DNA of 64,000 nucleotides, taken from positions 1,120,001 to 1,184,000 of the forward strand of contig CAWIKF010000002.1 in assembly GCA_963836755.1 (NCBI GenBank), written 5' to 3'. Within the stretch, counting starts at the first letter, position 1; every line of letters starts with the position of its first letter. The notes under the pieces were generated by a model. That model saw only the letters and a program-made list of their open reading frames with translations. It was not told where the DNA came from and did no database searches. Positions 1-10,196 of the stretch are shown here, in pieces. The position numbers and the translations under genes were made by a program. Source of the DNA: an uncultured Verrucomicrobiae bacterium (GTDB lineage Bacteria; Verrucomicrobiota; Verrucomicrobiia; Chthoniobacterales; Chthoniobacteraceae).

Positions 1-134
1 ACGGCACGTTGGAGATCAAATCTGGCAGCGCTGGCACGGTCGTGACCTGTTTGTTTCCGTGCGCGGTCATGAAAAAATCGCGTCAAACAAAATCGAAATC
101 TTGTAAAAAGGGCGTCGCCGGCGAGAGCCGCTGA
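1..134 (+). CDS. 3' end of a probable sensor histidine kinase (HATPase C-terminus), truncated by the window edge
   Basis: Frame from nt 3 reads GTLEIKSGSAGTVVTCLFP...ESR*, resembling the G2 box and last strand of HATPase_c; TGA at 132-134. Confidence 0.55.
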   Translation, partial: GTLEIKSGSAGTVVTCLFPCAVMKKSRQTKSKSCKKGVAGESR

Positions 135-178
135 TTCTTGTTGCCCGGAAGAATCGGCGCGTCTTGATTGGCGCTCGC

Positions 179-1183
179 ATGAGCGGAATCGAAACGCAGA
201 ATCTCACCAAAATTTACCGCACTTATCGCAAGGAGCCGGGACTCCTCGGCGCGGTCAAGGGCCTAGCGAGACGGCGCTACGAGGAGACGCGCGCGGCGGA
301 AGGGGTGAGTTTCAAGATCGAGGAAGGCGAGTTCGTCGGGTTCCTCGGGCCGAACGGCGCGGGCAAGACGACTGTTTTAAAAATGTTGAGCGGTCTGCTG
401 AATCCCACCTCGGGCACCGCGCGCGTCCTCGGCTTCGTCCCGTGGGAGCGGCGCGATGAGATGAAGCGGCAGTTCGCGCTTTTGATGGGGCAAAAAAACG
501 CGCTCTGGTGGGATCTGCCGGCGCGTGAATCGCTCGAGCTCAACCGCGTCATCTACGGCATCGACCGCGCGAAATTTTCAAAAATCGTCGGCGGCATGAG
601 CGAGCTGCTCGACGTGACCGACAAGCTCGGCGTCATGGTGCGCGAGCTCTCGCTCGGCGAGCGGATGAAGATGGAACTCATCGCTGCGCTCCTCCACACC
701 CCGCGCGTCCTTTTTCTCGACGAGCCGACCATCGGTCTCGACGTCGTTTCGCAAAAAAAAGTGCGTGAATTCCTCCGGCTCTACAACGCGGAGAACCGCA
801 TCATCACGATGCTCACGAGCCATTACATGCAGGACATCGAGGAGCTGTGCGAGCGCGTCATCATCATCGACCGCGGTAAAATTTTCTATGACGGCGCGCT
901 CTCCGCGATCATCGACCGCTTTGCCACGCACAAAATGATCAGCCTCGTTTTTGAAAATCGTGGCGCCCGAGATTTCGCGCCGTTCGGTGAAGTCGTCGAG
1001 CAGACGCCCGAGTCAGTGCTGCTGAAAGTTCCGCGCGCCAATGTCGCGGAGACCTGCCGCGCAGTGCTGGCGCAGCACGCCGTGCGCGACATCAATGTGC
1101 AGGAACTCCCAATCGAGGAAGTGATTCGCCAATTTTTCGGCGAGCAGCACGAACCTAGTGCCGCAGCAGCAGCGCATCCTTGA
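179..1183 (+). CDS. ABC transporter ATP-binding protein (ABC-2/exporter type)
   Basis: Walker A GPNGAGKT, signature LSLGER, Walker B LFLDEPT, H-loop TSH; ATG at 179 preferred over TTG at 164. Confidence 0.92.
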   Translation: MSGIETQNLTKIYRTYRKEPGLLGAVKGLARRRYEETRAAEGVSFKIEEGEFVGFLGPNGAGKTTVLKMLSGLLNPTSGTARVLGFVPWERRDEMKRQFALLMGQKNALWWDLPARESLELNRVIYGIDRAKFSKIVGGMSELLDVTDKLGVMVRELSLGERMKMELIAALLHTPRVLFLDEPTIGLDVVSQKKVREFLRLYNAENRIITMLTSHYMQDIEELCERVIIIDRGKIFYDGALSAIIDRFATHKMISLVFENRGARDFAPFGEVVEQTPESVLLKVPRANVAETCRAVLAQHAVRDINVQELPIEEVIRQFFGEQHEPSAAAAAHP

Positions 1184-1424
1184 GATCGTGCGCGTAGGAA
1201 GGATTGATCTCAAAATGCGTTTTCAAAAGCCCTCCCGCCTCGACTTCCTCGCGCGGCGGCTCCGTCTCGACCAGGCCAATTTCCATCAAGCCATTCAGAA
1301 TATCCTGCGCTTCGTCCGCATGGATATTTGTCCGCTCGACGATGTCCGCTCCTGAGCTGCCGACGGCAAAATCGATGGCGCGCAACACTGCAAACTCGCG
1401 GCCGCTGAATTTCATTTTTCTCAT
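1155..1424 (-). CDS. Small hypothetical protein, possibly winged-helix-like
   Basis: C-terminal ~89 aa of ORF 1155..1724 is protein-like (MRKMKFSGREFAVLRAIDF...EAQDILNGLMEIGLVE); the upstream part is the antisense shadow of the 1512 gene; start 1424 or 1415. Confidence 0.6.
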   Translation of the reverse strand: MRKMKFSGREFAVLRAIDFAVGSSGADIVERTNIHADEAQDILNGLMEIGLVETEPPREEVEAGGLLKTHFEINPSYAHDLKDALLLRH

Positions 1425-1476
1425 CGCCTCGATGTAAGGGCAGGTTTCGTGCCGCGCGAAAACCGCGCCCTTCTCC

Positions 1477-1504
1477 TTGAACATCACGATTCGCGCCGTA
1501 ATCT
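1477..1504 (+). promoter_or_regulatory. Putative sigma70 promoter (TTGAAC-16-TAATCT) ending 7 nt before ATG 1512
   Basis: Hexamers read directly; the spacing implies a leaderless or near-leaderless mRNA. Confidence 0.4.
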
Positions 1505-1511
1505 TGAAACT

Positions 1512-1901
1512 ATGAAAGCCTCGCACAATCCGGTGGCCAAAATCATTCTCCACGCCGACGGACTCGGCGTTCCCTCGCCAGACACCGTGCGGCAGCGGGC
1601 CGAAGAACTCGCCAAAATTAACGGCCATCCCGAACCGACCGAGGCCGATTGGCTGCAGGCGCGTGCGGAATTGCACGGCGGCCATCCCCAGGATGGCAGC
1701 GACGGTGAAAGCGAAACGACTCAATACGTCTCAGAGCGCGACATGATCGCCACAGACCGCGGCCATCGGGCGGAAAAGTTTGCCGACGATACCGAAAACG
1801 CAGTCGAGGAACTCGTCGCCGAAGGCCTCGACGAAGCCGAGCACGATCAGATGCTTCAGGCGTCGATGCTCGAGGCTGACGACGTCATCGAGCCGGAATA
1901 A
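1512..1901 (+). CDS. DUF2934-like small acidic protein
   Basis: VRQRAEELAKINGHPEPTEADWLQARAEL matches the DUF2934 pattern (R-A...G...DW-x-x-A-x-x-EL). Confidence 0.7.
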   Translation: MKASHNPVAKIILHADGLGVPSPDTVRQRAEELAKINGHPEPTEADWLQARAELHGGHPQDGSDGESETTQYVSERDMIATDRGHRAEKFADDTENAVEELVAEGLDEAEHDQMLQASMLEADDVIEPE

Positions 1902-2022
1902 ATTCCACAGCCACCGGAACGGCCTCTCAATTTACCGGCGCTCACTACTGCGCCAGGCGATGTCGCTTTCTGGGATCGCCGGATGACAAAGTGGCGGAAG
2001 CGTGTGATAGCTTCGCATAAAC

Positions 2023-2961
2023 ATGCCTGCCGCCGGATTGGATTTGATCGAAGAAATTCTTGAGCTCAAGCGCGAGCGCAACGCGGTGATCCTCGCGCAC
2101 AATTATCAGGATCGCGAAATCCAGGAACTGGCGGACTTTGTCGGCGATTCACTCGGGCTGAGCTATAAGGCGCGCGACACGGACGCAGACGTCATCGCTT
2201 TTTGCGGCGTTCATTTCATGGCCGAGACGGCGAAAATCGTGAATCCCGCAAAGACGGTCATCCTTCCCGATCTCGACGCCGGCTGCTCGCTCAGCGATTC
2301 GTGTCCGCCGGAAAAGCTCGACGCCTTTTTAAAATTGCACGCGGCGGAAAATTATTACGTCATCGCCTACATCAATTGCAGCGCCGGCGTGAAGGCGCTC
2401 AGCGACGTGATCTGCACGAGCGGGAATGCCGTCAAAATCGTCGACGCTGCGCCGCGCGATCGGAATCTTTTGTTCGTGCCGGATCAAAATCTCGGCAGCT
2501 GGGTCATGGAGAAAACCGGCCGCGCGATGGAGCTCTGGCGGGGAAATTGTTACGTCCACGTCGAGTTCACGCAAAAGGCGATTCAGAAAATCAAAGCGGA
2601 ATTTCCCGGCGCGAAAGTTGTCGCACATCCGGAGTGCACATTCGCCGTGCGGTTGCTCGCGGACGAAGTTTGCTCGACCGAAAAAATGATTGGCTACTGC
2701 CGCGAATCCGCCGCGCGCGAATTCATTATCGTGACTGAATCGGGCATGCTGCATCGGCTGCGGCGGGAAGTGCCGGGCAAAGTTTTCATTCCCGGGCCGA
2801 CCGACGCCTGTGCGTGCGCCGACTGCCGCTACATGAAAATGAACACGCTCGAAAAGTTGCACGATTGCCTCGCGCGGCTTGAGCCGCGGATCGAGATTCC
2901 TGAGCCGGTGCGTGCGCGCGCGGAGCTGCCAATCCGCCGGATGCTCGAGCTGAGCGCGTAA
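2023..2961 (+). CDS. nadA: Quinolinate synthase
   Basis: ILAHNYQ, GDSL, FCGVHFMAE, AGCSL, YINCSA, CYVH, AHPEC, C-x-YMK motifs. Confidence 0.97.
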   Translation: MPAAGLDLIEEILELKRERNAVILAHNYQDREIQELADFVGDSLGLSYKARDTDADVIAFCGVHFMAETAKIVNPAKTVILPDLDAGCSLSDSCPPEKLDAFLKLHAAENYYVIAYINCSAGVKALSDVICTSGNAVKIVDAAPRDRNLLFVPDQNLGSWVMEKTGRAMELWRGNCYVHVEFTQKAIQKIKAEFPGAKVVAHPECTFAVRLLADEVCSTEKMIGYCRESAAREFIIVTESGMLHRLRREVPGKVFIPGPTDACACADCRYMKMNTLEKLHDCLARLEPRIEIPEPVRARAELPIRRMLELSA

Positions 2962-3014
2962 CATTTTCGCAGCGGCGCATTGACACGGCTTCGGTTCGTG
3001 TTCTCCAATCCAGC

Positions 3015-3833
3015 GTGACCCGACTTCCCCGCATTTGCAGCGTTATCACGCTTGTTTTCGCGCTCGTGGGCTGCGGAAAAAATGCGGACCCGGTAGCAGC
3101 GGCGACTGCATTTTTCACCACACTCGGCCACGGCCAGCCCGGCCCTGCGTATGAAAGCGCGAGCTTTGCATTCCAGGCGCAGCAAAGTTTTGACGCATTC
3201 CAAGCGACTGTCTCGGCGCTCGGGCTGCTCGATTTTTCGTCGATCGAATGGACGCGTCACTCGGAGCGCGGCGACGAGGTGGACCTGAACGGCGTGGTGA
3301 CGGCGCAGAACGGGCAGAAGATTCCGGTCAACGTGACGCTCACGCGCGAGGGCGGGAAGTGGAAGGTTTTTTCCCTACACACCGGCGGCACTGACGGAAC
3401 TTTGACGGCACAAAACAATTTCAGTCAGGTGGGGAAGGGAGCTGGATTCAACGACGCCTTCAGTCACGAAATCCCCCCAAAGTCCGAGGTGGTGGCGCTC
3501 ACGCGTGAGACTTTTGAAAAATTCGCCGAGGCGCTGAAGGAAAAAAGCTTCACCGATTTCTACAACTCCATCGCGCTTGGATGGCAGTCGCAGATCAGCA
3601 AGGCCGATCTGAAGCGGACATTTCAGCCGTTCATTGATGCCGGCGTGAATCTCAATCCAATCCACGACATCGAGCCATTGCTCAACCCGCCGCCGCAGCT
3701 CGATGCGGAAGGTCTGCTGATTGTGAACGGTTCTTATTTTGCGCCGCCGAACCGAGTGATTTTTTCGCTCAAATACGCTTACGAAATGCCGGGCTGGAAA
3801 CTTTTTGGCATGTCCGTGCGCATCGCGCGTTAG
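3015..3833 (+). CDS. Hypothetical lipoprotein with two similar NTF2-like halves
   Basis: Lipobox LVGC after a hydrophobic stretch; both halves end in a WK(V/L)F strand. Confidence 0.7.
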   Translation: MTRLPRICSVITLVFALVGCGKNADPVAAATAFFTTLGHGQPGPAYESASFAFQAQQSFDAFQATVSALGLLDFSSIEWTRHSERGDEVDLNGVVTAQNGQKIPVNVTLTREGGKWKVFSLHTGGTDGTLTAQNNFSQVGKGAGFNDAFSHEIPPKSEVVALTRETFEKFAEALKEKSFTDFYNSIALGWQSQISKADLKRTFQPFIDAGVNLNPIHDIEPLLNPPPQLDAEGLLIVNGSYFAPPNRVIFSLKYAYEMPGWKLFGMSVRIAR

Positions 3834-4765
3834 CTCGTGCGCAACGCCGCGACTGCGCTCGGCAGCGAGTCTGCGCCGCTGACGGAAATGACCGGGAATC
3901 CTTTGCGGGTGCGGTTCACCAGGCCGGCGAGCACCGCGCCCGGGCCGAGCTCGATGAATTGCTCACACCCTTCAGTGTCGATCAAATACTCGATGGTTTC
4001 TGTCCAGCGCACGGTGCCGGTGACTTGCTCGCGCAATGTTTCACGGATGCGGCTGGCCTCGCTCACGGGTCGCGCGTCAACGTTGCTGATGATCAAAAAT
4101 CGCGGCGTCGCCAGCTCGGTGCGCTGCAATTCTTCGCCGAGTTTCACATAAGCCGGCTGCATCAAGCGCGAGTGATATGCGCCCGCGACGTTCAGCATCG
4201 TCGCGCGTCGCGCGCCGGCTTCTTTCGCCAGCGAAACGGCCAGCGCGACCTTTGCGGATTCGCCGGAGATGACGACCTGGCCGGGGCAATTCAAATTCGC
4301 CACGTCCACATCGGTTTGCGACGCGAGATCGCGCACGGCATTTTCATCCGCGCCGATCAAAGCCGCCATCGCGCCCTCGGTGCTGTCGCAGGCTTCCTGC
4401 ATGAACTGCGCGCGCTGCTCGACCAAACGCAGGCCCGTTGCAAAATCAAAAGTTCCCGCCGCCGCGTGCGCGGTAAATTCACCGAGCGAAAGGCCGGCCG
4501 CCGCATGCACAGGAAATTCGCCGAGCTCCTGCCGCAGCGCGGCGAGGCAGGCGAGACCATGCACGTAAAGCGCGGGCTGGCAGTTCGCGGTTTTCGTCAG
4601 CTCCTCGTCCGGGCCATCAAACGCGATGCGGCTGAGATCGCGTCCGAGGATTTCATCCGCGCGGCGAAAAAGTTCGTCAGCGGCGGGAAACGCCGCGCTT
4701 AAATCCTTTCCCATGCCGACCGTCTGCGCGCCTTGTCCCGAAAAAAGTAGTGCGGTTTTTTTCAT
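3830..4765 (-). CDS. fabD: Malonyl-CoA:ACP transacylase
   Basis: LFSGQGAQ, GLSLGE active-site Ser, AYHS, ELGPG. Confidence 0.96.
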   Translation of the reverse strand: MKKTALLFSGQGAQTVGMGKDLSAAFPAADELFRRADEILGRDLSRIAFDGPDEELTKTANCQPALYVHGLACLAALRQELGEFPVHAAAGLSLGEFTAHAAAGTFDFATGLRLVEQRAQFMQEACDSTEGAMAALIGADENAVRDLASQTDVDVANLNCPGQVVISGESAKVALAVSLAKEAGARRATMLNVAGAYHSRLMQPAYVKLGEELQRTELATPRFLIISNVDARPVSEASRIRETLREQVTGTVRWTETIEYLIDTEGCEQFIELGPGAVLAGLVNRTRKGFPVISVSGADSLPSAVAALRTS

Positions 4766-4817
4766 CGAGCTGACTCAAAACAAACGCGGCGGGAGCGACA
4801 AGAAGTTTTGCGCGCGC

Positions 4818-6374
4818 TCAACTTTTCTGCGCGAGAAATGCGTGGACTTGCTCGGCGAGTCGCTGGCCGATGCCTTCCGTGCTCGCAATTTCCTCGACGC
4901 TCGCTTTGCGCAGCCGCTCGACGGAGCCGAACTTTTTTAGAAGCAGTTGCTTGCGGTGTTCGCTCACGCCGGCGCAATCGTCGAGGATGCTCTCGGCGAT
5001 CCGGCGTTTCATCAAAAGCTGGTGATAGCCATTCGCGAAACGATGCGCTTCGTCGCGAATGCGCTGGAGGAGTCGCAAAGCGCCGGAATCCTCGGGAAGC
5101 CGCACGGGCAAAGGATTCGCGGGTCGATAGATTTCCTCGAATTCTTTTGCGAGGCCAATGATCGGCAGCTCGTGCAGGCCGAGCCGCTGCAGCTCATTGC
5201 ACGCGCTGGAGAGTTGGCCTTTGCCGCCATCGACGATGATCAAATCCGGCAGCCGGACCGGTGCGGGTGAAAGTCGCGCGAGCGCTTCGCGAGGATTTTC
5301 CTGCGAAAATTCCGCGGCGTCGGGATTTGCGTCGCGCGCTTCGAGCAGCACGCGTGCGTAGCGGCGGCGGACGACCTCGGCCATGCTCGCAAAGTCGTTT
5401 TGGCCGGCGACGGTGCGGATGCGATAGCGGCGGTAATTTGCTTTGTCGGCGACGCCGTCGCGAAAGCAAACCATCGAGGCGACTACGTGGGTCGTGGAAA
5501 TGTTCGAGATGTCGAAGCACTCCATCACGCGCGGCGCGTGCGGGAGTTGCAACGCATCGCGAAGCGCCTGCACATCAGCCACGGGATCGATCGCGCTCGG
5601 CAAGCGATGGCTGATTTCGCGGGTGAAACGCCGCATGGATTTGGTCGTCTGGCGCAGATCGTCGAGCATGTTGCGCAGCTCGGCGGCTTTTTCAAAATCG
5701 AGCGCAGTTGCTGCGGCTCGCATCTCATCTTCAAGCTGCGCGAGCGCTTCGCGCGATTCGCCGGCGAGAAATTCGCATGCGCGCGCGACCCGTTCGCGAT
5801 ATTGCTCGGCGGTGGTATCGGCGAGTTTCATCGGGACTTGATAGGTCGATGATTTCAGCTCGCGCGGCGTCGGCGAACCGCGCCCGAAAGTGAGCACGCC
5901 AAACTTTTTCCGCATAAAAGTCAGCGTCTGCCGCAGCGCCCCGGCGTGCGCGAATGGACCGAAGTGCCGCGCGCCGTCGCCTTTGTTGATGCGGGTCAGG
6001 CGAAAGCGCGGCCACTCCTCACGCTCGTCGACTTTCACGAGCAAAAACCTTTTGTCGTCGCGAAAGCTGATGTTGTAGCGGGGGCGATATTCCTTGATGA
6101 GGCGGCCCTCGAGCAACAGCGCCTCGGGTTCGCTTTTGACGGTGTGCACCTCGAAATTCCAGATGCTGTCGAGCAGCGCGCGCGTTTTCAGATCCGCGGT
6201 CATCTTGCGCGAGGGCATGAAATATTGCCCGACGCGTTTGCGGAGGCTGCGCGCCTTGCCGACGTAGATGACGCGGTTAAAGCGATCGCGCATGAGATAA
6301 ACGCCGGGCTTGTGCGGCAGGTCGTGGATTTTTCCCGCAAGGTCGGGTTTATCTTTGTGAACGGAGGGTGTCAT
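4818..6374 (-). CDS. uvrC: Excinuclease ABC subunit C
   Basis: GIY-YIG (PGVYLM...YVGKA), UVR (LDFEKAAELR), RNase H-like (ECFDIS, VDGGKGQL, RDEAHRFA), HhH C-terminus; ATG at 6374 preferred. Confidence 0.95.
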   Translation of the reverse strand: MTPSVHKDKPDLAGKIHDLPHKPGVYLMRDRFNRVIYVGKARSLRKRVGQYFMPSRKMTADLKTRALLDSIWNFEVHTVKSEPEALLLEGRLIKEYRPRYNISFRDDKRFLLVKVDEREEWPRFRLTRINKGDGARHFGPFAHAGALRQTLTFMRKKFGVLTFGRGSPTPRELKSSTYQVPMKLADTTAEQYRERVARACEFLAGESREALAQLEDEMRAAATALDFEKAAELRNMLDDLRQTTKSMRRFTREISHRLPSAIDPVADVQALRDALQLPHAPRVMECFDISNISTTHVVASMVCFRDGVADKANYRRYRIRTVAGQNDFASMAEVVRRRYARVLLEARDANPDAAEFSQENPREALARLSPAPVRLPDLIIVDGGKGQLSSACNELQRLGLHELPIIGLAKEFEEIYRPANPLPVRLPEDSGALRLLQRIRDEAHRFANGYHQLLMKRRIAESILDDCAGVSEHRKQLLLKKFGSVERLRKASVEEIASTEGIGQRLAEQVHAFLAQKS

Positions 6375-6438
6375 CGCGTAGTCAATGCCCACAGTTGCAA
6401 CAGCAGGCGCTATAGCTAATATAGAACACTTTAACCAA

Positions 6439-7215
6439 ATGAAATTCATCGCCTTTCTGCTCGTGGCGTCGACCGCCGTCGCGCAGGACGTTCCCGACGC
6501 CGCGCCGCATCCCACGGTCCCGACCACTTTGTGGGATATGATCAGCTCCGGCGGCTGGGCGATGATCCCGCTCGCGCTGCTCTCGGTTTTGACCGTGATG
6601 CTCGTGCTCGTTTATCTTTTTACGCTGCGCCGCGGCAGCATCGTATCGGCCCATTATATGAACACGGCCGATGTGCTTTTGAAAAAACGCGACTACCTCG
6701 GCCTGCTCGCCATTTCCAGTCGGCACAGCGAAGCAATCGCTCGCGTCGTGCAGCGGACGCTCGATTTCGCCACGCGCAATCCCAGCACCGACCTGCAGGT
6801 CGTGCGCGAAATCGCGGAGACCGAGGGCGGCACGCAAGCAGCGGCATTGCAGCACCGGATCATTTATCTGGCGGACATCGGGATGCTCGCGCCGATGATT
6901 GGACTGCTCGGCACCGTGCTCGGCATCATCAAATCTTTCGGCGTCCTCGCGAGCAAGGCGACCGCTGACAACTCGCGAAATATGCTGCTCGCTTCCGGAG
7001 TTTCCGAGGCGCTCATCGCGACGGCGAGCGGCCTTATTTTGGGCATCACCGCAATGGCGTTTTACGCGATCTTTCGCGGGCGCGTGCAGAGCTTGATCTC
7101 AGACCTGGAAATCGCGACGACGCATGTGATGGGGCTGATCGCGCTCAATTACAACACGCGCAAACGCGACCGGGAACGCGAGCAATCGCGCGTGGCGGTG
7201 GACGATGATTTTTAA
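6439..7215 (+). CDS. MotA/TolQ/ExbB proton channel protein
   Basis: APMIGLLGTVLGII...GVSEALIATASGL signature; ATG at 6439. Confidence 0.92.
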   Translation: MKFIAFLLVASTAVAQDVPDAAPHPTVPTTLWDMISSGGWAMIPLALLSVLTVMLVLVYLFTLRRGSIVSAHYMNTADVLLKKRDYLGLLAISSRHSEAIARVVQRTLDFATRNPSTDLQVVREIAETEGGTQAAALQHRIIYLADIGMLAPMIGLLGTVLGIIKSFGVLASKATADNSRNMLLASGVSEALIATASGLILGITAMAFYAIFRGRVQSLISDLEIATTHVMGLIALNYNTRKRDREREQSRVAVDDDF

Positions 7216-7227
7216 CGCACTGCCGCG

Positions 7228-7641
7228 ATGAATTTTCGCCGCCGCGCCAAGCCCGAAATCTTCGGGTTTCAGATCGCACCGATGGTGGACATCCTGCTGG
7301 TGCTGCTGGTTTTTTTCATCGTCACGTGGAATTTCGCTCTCAGCGAAAATGAGCTCGACGTCAAAATTCCGAATGCGAGCAAGGCGCAGGCGCAACGGCC
7401 GTATGTCGGGCAGGTCGTCGTCAATGTGAAGGCCGATGGAACCATCGTATTTCAGCGCAAGCCGATCACCGGACCGGAGCTGTTGAAAAAACTGCAGGAG
7501 CTCGCAAAACTTTTTCCAGATCAAGCCGTGATTTTGCGCGGCGACCAGCGCGTTGATTACAAACACATCGTGGACGTGCTCGATCTTTGCCGCTCGGCAA
7601 ACATCTGGAATGTGGCATTCGCGACCGGCAAGATCGACTAA
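7228..7641 (+). CDS. ExbD/TolR family protein
   Basis: IAPMVDILLVLLVFFIV transmembrane helix with the conserved Asp; VILRGD. Confidence 0.92.
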   Translation: MNFRRRAKPEIFGFQIAPMVDILLVLLVFFIVTWNFALSENELDVKIPNASKAQAQRPYVGQVVVNVKADGTIVFQRKPITGPELLKKLQELAKLFPDQAVILRGDQRVDYKHIVDVLDLCRSANIWNVAFATGKID

Positions 7642-7667
7642 CGCTGCGTCAGCAAAAGATTAACAAC

Positions 7668-10139
7668 GTGCGCACAGGCCCAATTCTCATCTTTCGTGCT
7701 GCCGCGGCCTCTGCGCTCGCGCTCGCCGTCGCGCACGGCCAGGAAGTTCGTCGCGCGCTTCCCGTCAACGAACCGCCGACGGCGACGGCCGTGCCATTTG
7801 ATTTTGACAAGGCTTCGCCGAAGCCGCACTCGGAGCGGCCAACGATCCTGGACGAAACCGGCCCGCGCAGCGCGCCCACGCCGCTGGACACAACGGTGAG
7901 CGCGCCTTCGCCGGATCAAGTTCAGCTCGACTTCGCGAACGGATTTTACGCGCGCAAACTTTATGATCTCGCCGCGCCGGAATACGAAAAATATCTCGGC
8001 ACCTACGCGAATCAGCCCCAGCGTGCGTCGGCACTTTTTCGGCTCGGCGAATGTTATCGCCTGCTCGGAAATATCACCGCGGCGAAAAACGCCTACGAGA
8101 CATTGATCTCCAGTTTCACGATCGGTGAATTTGTCGGCCCGGCTGCGTATCGTCTTGGCGAATTACTTTACGCCGAGAAAAATTATACCAGCGCTCTCGC
8201 CGCATATCGGAAAGCATCGGTGCGGCTGAAGGATCCCGCTGTTGTTCTTGCCGCAAAATATTACAGCGCGCGCTGTCTCGAAAATCTCAGGTCGCCGGCG
8301 GAGGCGCGGCTGCTTTTCGAGGACATCATCGCGGCGAAAGGCGACAATGAATTTCGCGACGCGAGCCATCTCGCTCTTGCGGAAATCTTTGTCGACAGCG
8401 ATCACAAGGAGGAGGCGCTCAAGCAGCTCGAGGCGCTGCAACAGGAAACGACAAAACCAGATTTAAAAGTCGAAGCGCTCGTCCGCGCCGGGCTGCTAAA
8501 AATCGAACTCGGGCTCGCGGAAAAAGGAGCTGTCGATTTAAAAAAAGCGCTGCAGATGCCCGCCATCGGCCGCTGGCAGCCGATCGCCGAGATCGGATTG
8601 CTCCGCGTGCTTTACGAAACGGGTAAATATCAGCAACTGCTCGACACTTACGAAAAAGCGGCAAAAAACTTTCCGCCGGATGCGAAGCCGGAAGTGTTGC
8701 TGCTCGCGGCGAACTCGATGCGGCAGCTCGGCGATCATAAAGGCGCTCGCGCAATTTACGAGCAGATCACGAAAGATTTTTCGGATTCGGTTTACGCGCA
8801 GGATGCGGCCTACGAACGCCTGGTCAGTCTTTACAACGCCGACGAACCGAACCTCGTGCAGGAAGTCGACAGCTACATCGCGCAGGAAAACCTTGATCCC
8901 GAAAAACGCGCCCGCGCTCAATTGATCAAGGCCGAGTGGTTATTCAAACAAAAGAAATTCCCGGAGGCTGCGGCAGTTTATGCCGAGCTGCAGAATTCGA
9001 AGCTGCCGTCGAACCTGAAAGCCGAGGCAATTTTTAAGCTCGGCTGGTGCCTGATGCAGACCGGCGAGAACGAGCGGGCGATTGGAGCGTTCAGCGATTA
9101 CCTCAGCGGATATCCGCTAAACAAGCTCGTGCCGGCCGCGCTGGCGCAACGCGCGATCGCCTATCAACGGAGTCAAAATTTCAAGATGGCGCTGAAGGAT
9201 TTCAACGAGGTCATCACGCGGTTTTCAAAAGCGCCGGAGCGCGAACTCGCGTTTCAGCAGAAGGCGCTCGTGCTCGGCCAGCAGCAGGACAACGCGGGCA
9301 TGGCCGACACATTCAAACAATTGCTGAAAGATTATCCGCATTCTGCAGCGGCGGCGCAGGCGAATTACTGGATCGGCTGGGCGGCCTTTGAGCAGAAGGA
9401 TTACAAGGCGGCGCTTCCGCCGCTCGAGGCCGCGCGTAAGCTCGACCGGGAACAGTTTTTTGAGCGCGCTTCGCTGCGGATCATGCTCGCGCATTACTAC
9501 CTCGAAAATCGCGACGCGCTTGCTACGGATATTGATGAATACATGCGCGGCGCGCCGAAGGGTAAGGTGCCGGCCGAGGTGCTGCGCTGGCTTGGCACTG
9601 CGAGTTTGGCGGACAAGAATTTCGCAGCCGCGGACAAATATCTCACGCAACTTTCTCAGCGCGATGGTGAGACGGAGATGGATGACTGGCTCAATCTTGG
9701 ACGCGCGCAGCTTCAGGAAAAAAAATATGCGGAGGCCGCGAAGTCGCTTCATTCCTACCTCAATGCCGCAAAGCAACCGGCGCCGCGCGCTGCCGGCCTG
9801 CTCGCGCTCGGCCAGGCGCAGCTCGGGCTTGAGCAATATGACGACGCGCAAAAATCTGCGGACGAAGCCTGCACGCTACAGACGGAAGGAAAGCTGAATG
9901 CGCAGGGGCGTTTGCTTTCGGGCGACATCGCCGCTGCCCGCGGTGAAAACGAACAGGCGTCGAAGATTTACCGCGGAATTTCGGTGATCATCGATGATCC
10001 CGAGATCACGCCGAAGGCTTTGGAGAAAGCTTATCTCATCTTGAAAAAGACCGGCGACGAGGCAGAGGCGGCAAAAATCCTCAACGATCTCCAGACGCGC
10101 TATCCGGAGTATCAATTGACCTCCGCGCAGACGCATTAA
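7668..10139 (+). CDS. Exported tetratricopeptide-repeat protein
   Basis: Signal-peptide-like N-terminus (GTG at 7668), Pro-rich linker, many TPR units (ALFRLGECY, AAYRLGELLY, AIFKLGWCL). Confidence 0.88.
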   Translation: MRTGPILIFRAAAASALALAVAHGQEVRRALPVNEPPTATAVPFDFDKASPKPHSERPTILDETGPRSAPTPLDTTVSAPSPDQVQLDFANGFYARKLYDLAAPEYEKYLGTYANQPQRASALFRLGECYRLLGNITAAKNAYETLISSFTIGEFVGPAAYRLGELLYAEKNYTSALAAYRKASVRLKDPAVVLAAKYYSARCLENLRSPAEARLLFEDIIAAKGDNEFRDASHLALAEIFVDSDHKEEALKQLEALQQETTKPDLKVEALVRAGLLKIELGLAEKGAVDLKKALQMPAIGRWQPIAEIGLLRVLYETGKYQQLLDTYEKAAKNFPPDAKPEVLLLAANSMRQLGDHKGARAIYEQITKDFSDSVYAQDAAYERLVSLYNADEPNLVQEVDSYIAQENLDPEKRARAQLIKAEWLFKQKKFPEAAAVYAELQNSKLPSNLKAEAIFKLGWCLMQTGENERAIGAFSDYLSGYPLNKLVPAALAQRAIAYQRSQNFKMALKDFNEVITRFSKAPERELAFQQKALVLGQQQDNAGMADTFKQLLKDYPHSAAAAQANYWIGWAAFEQKDYKAALPPLEAARKLDREQFFERASLRIMLAHYYLENRDALATDIDEYMRGAPKGKVPAEVLRWLGTASLADKNFAAADKYLTQLSQRDGETEMDDWLNLGRAQLQEKKYAEAAKSLHSYLNAAKQPAPRAAGLLALGQAQLGLEQYDDAQKSADEACTLQTEGKLNAQGRLLSGDIAAARGENEQASKIYRGISVIIDDPEITPKALEKAYLILKKTGDEAEAAKILNDLQTRYPEYQLTSAQTH

Positions 10140-10196
10140 CGTCTGTTTAAATAATCGTGGCGTATCTTTTCCGCCTCGTCTAAAACGGCAGGTGGA

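Noticed and set aside
1902..2022. Possible NAD+ riboswitch upstream of nadA
   Set aside because: Only two short hairpins (GGCGAT/ATCGCC, GAAGC/GCTTC); I cannot match them to the nadA-motif consensus; cmscan would settle it
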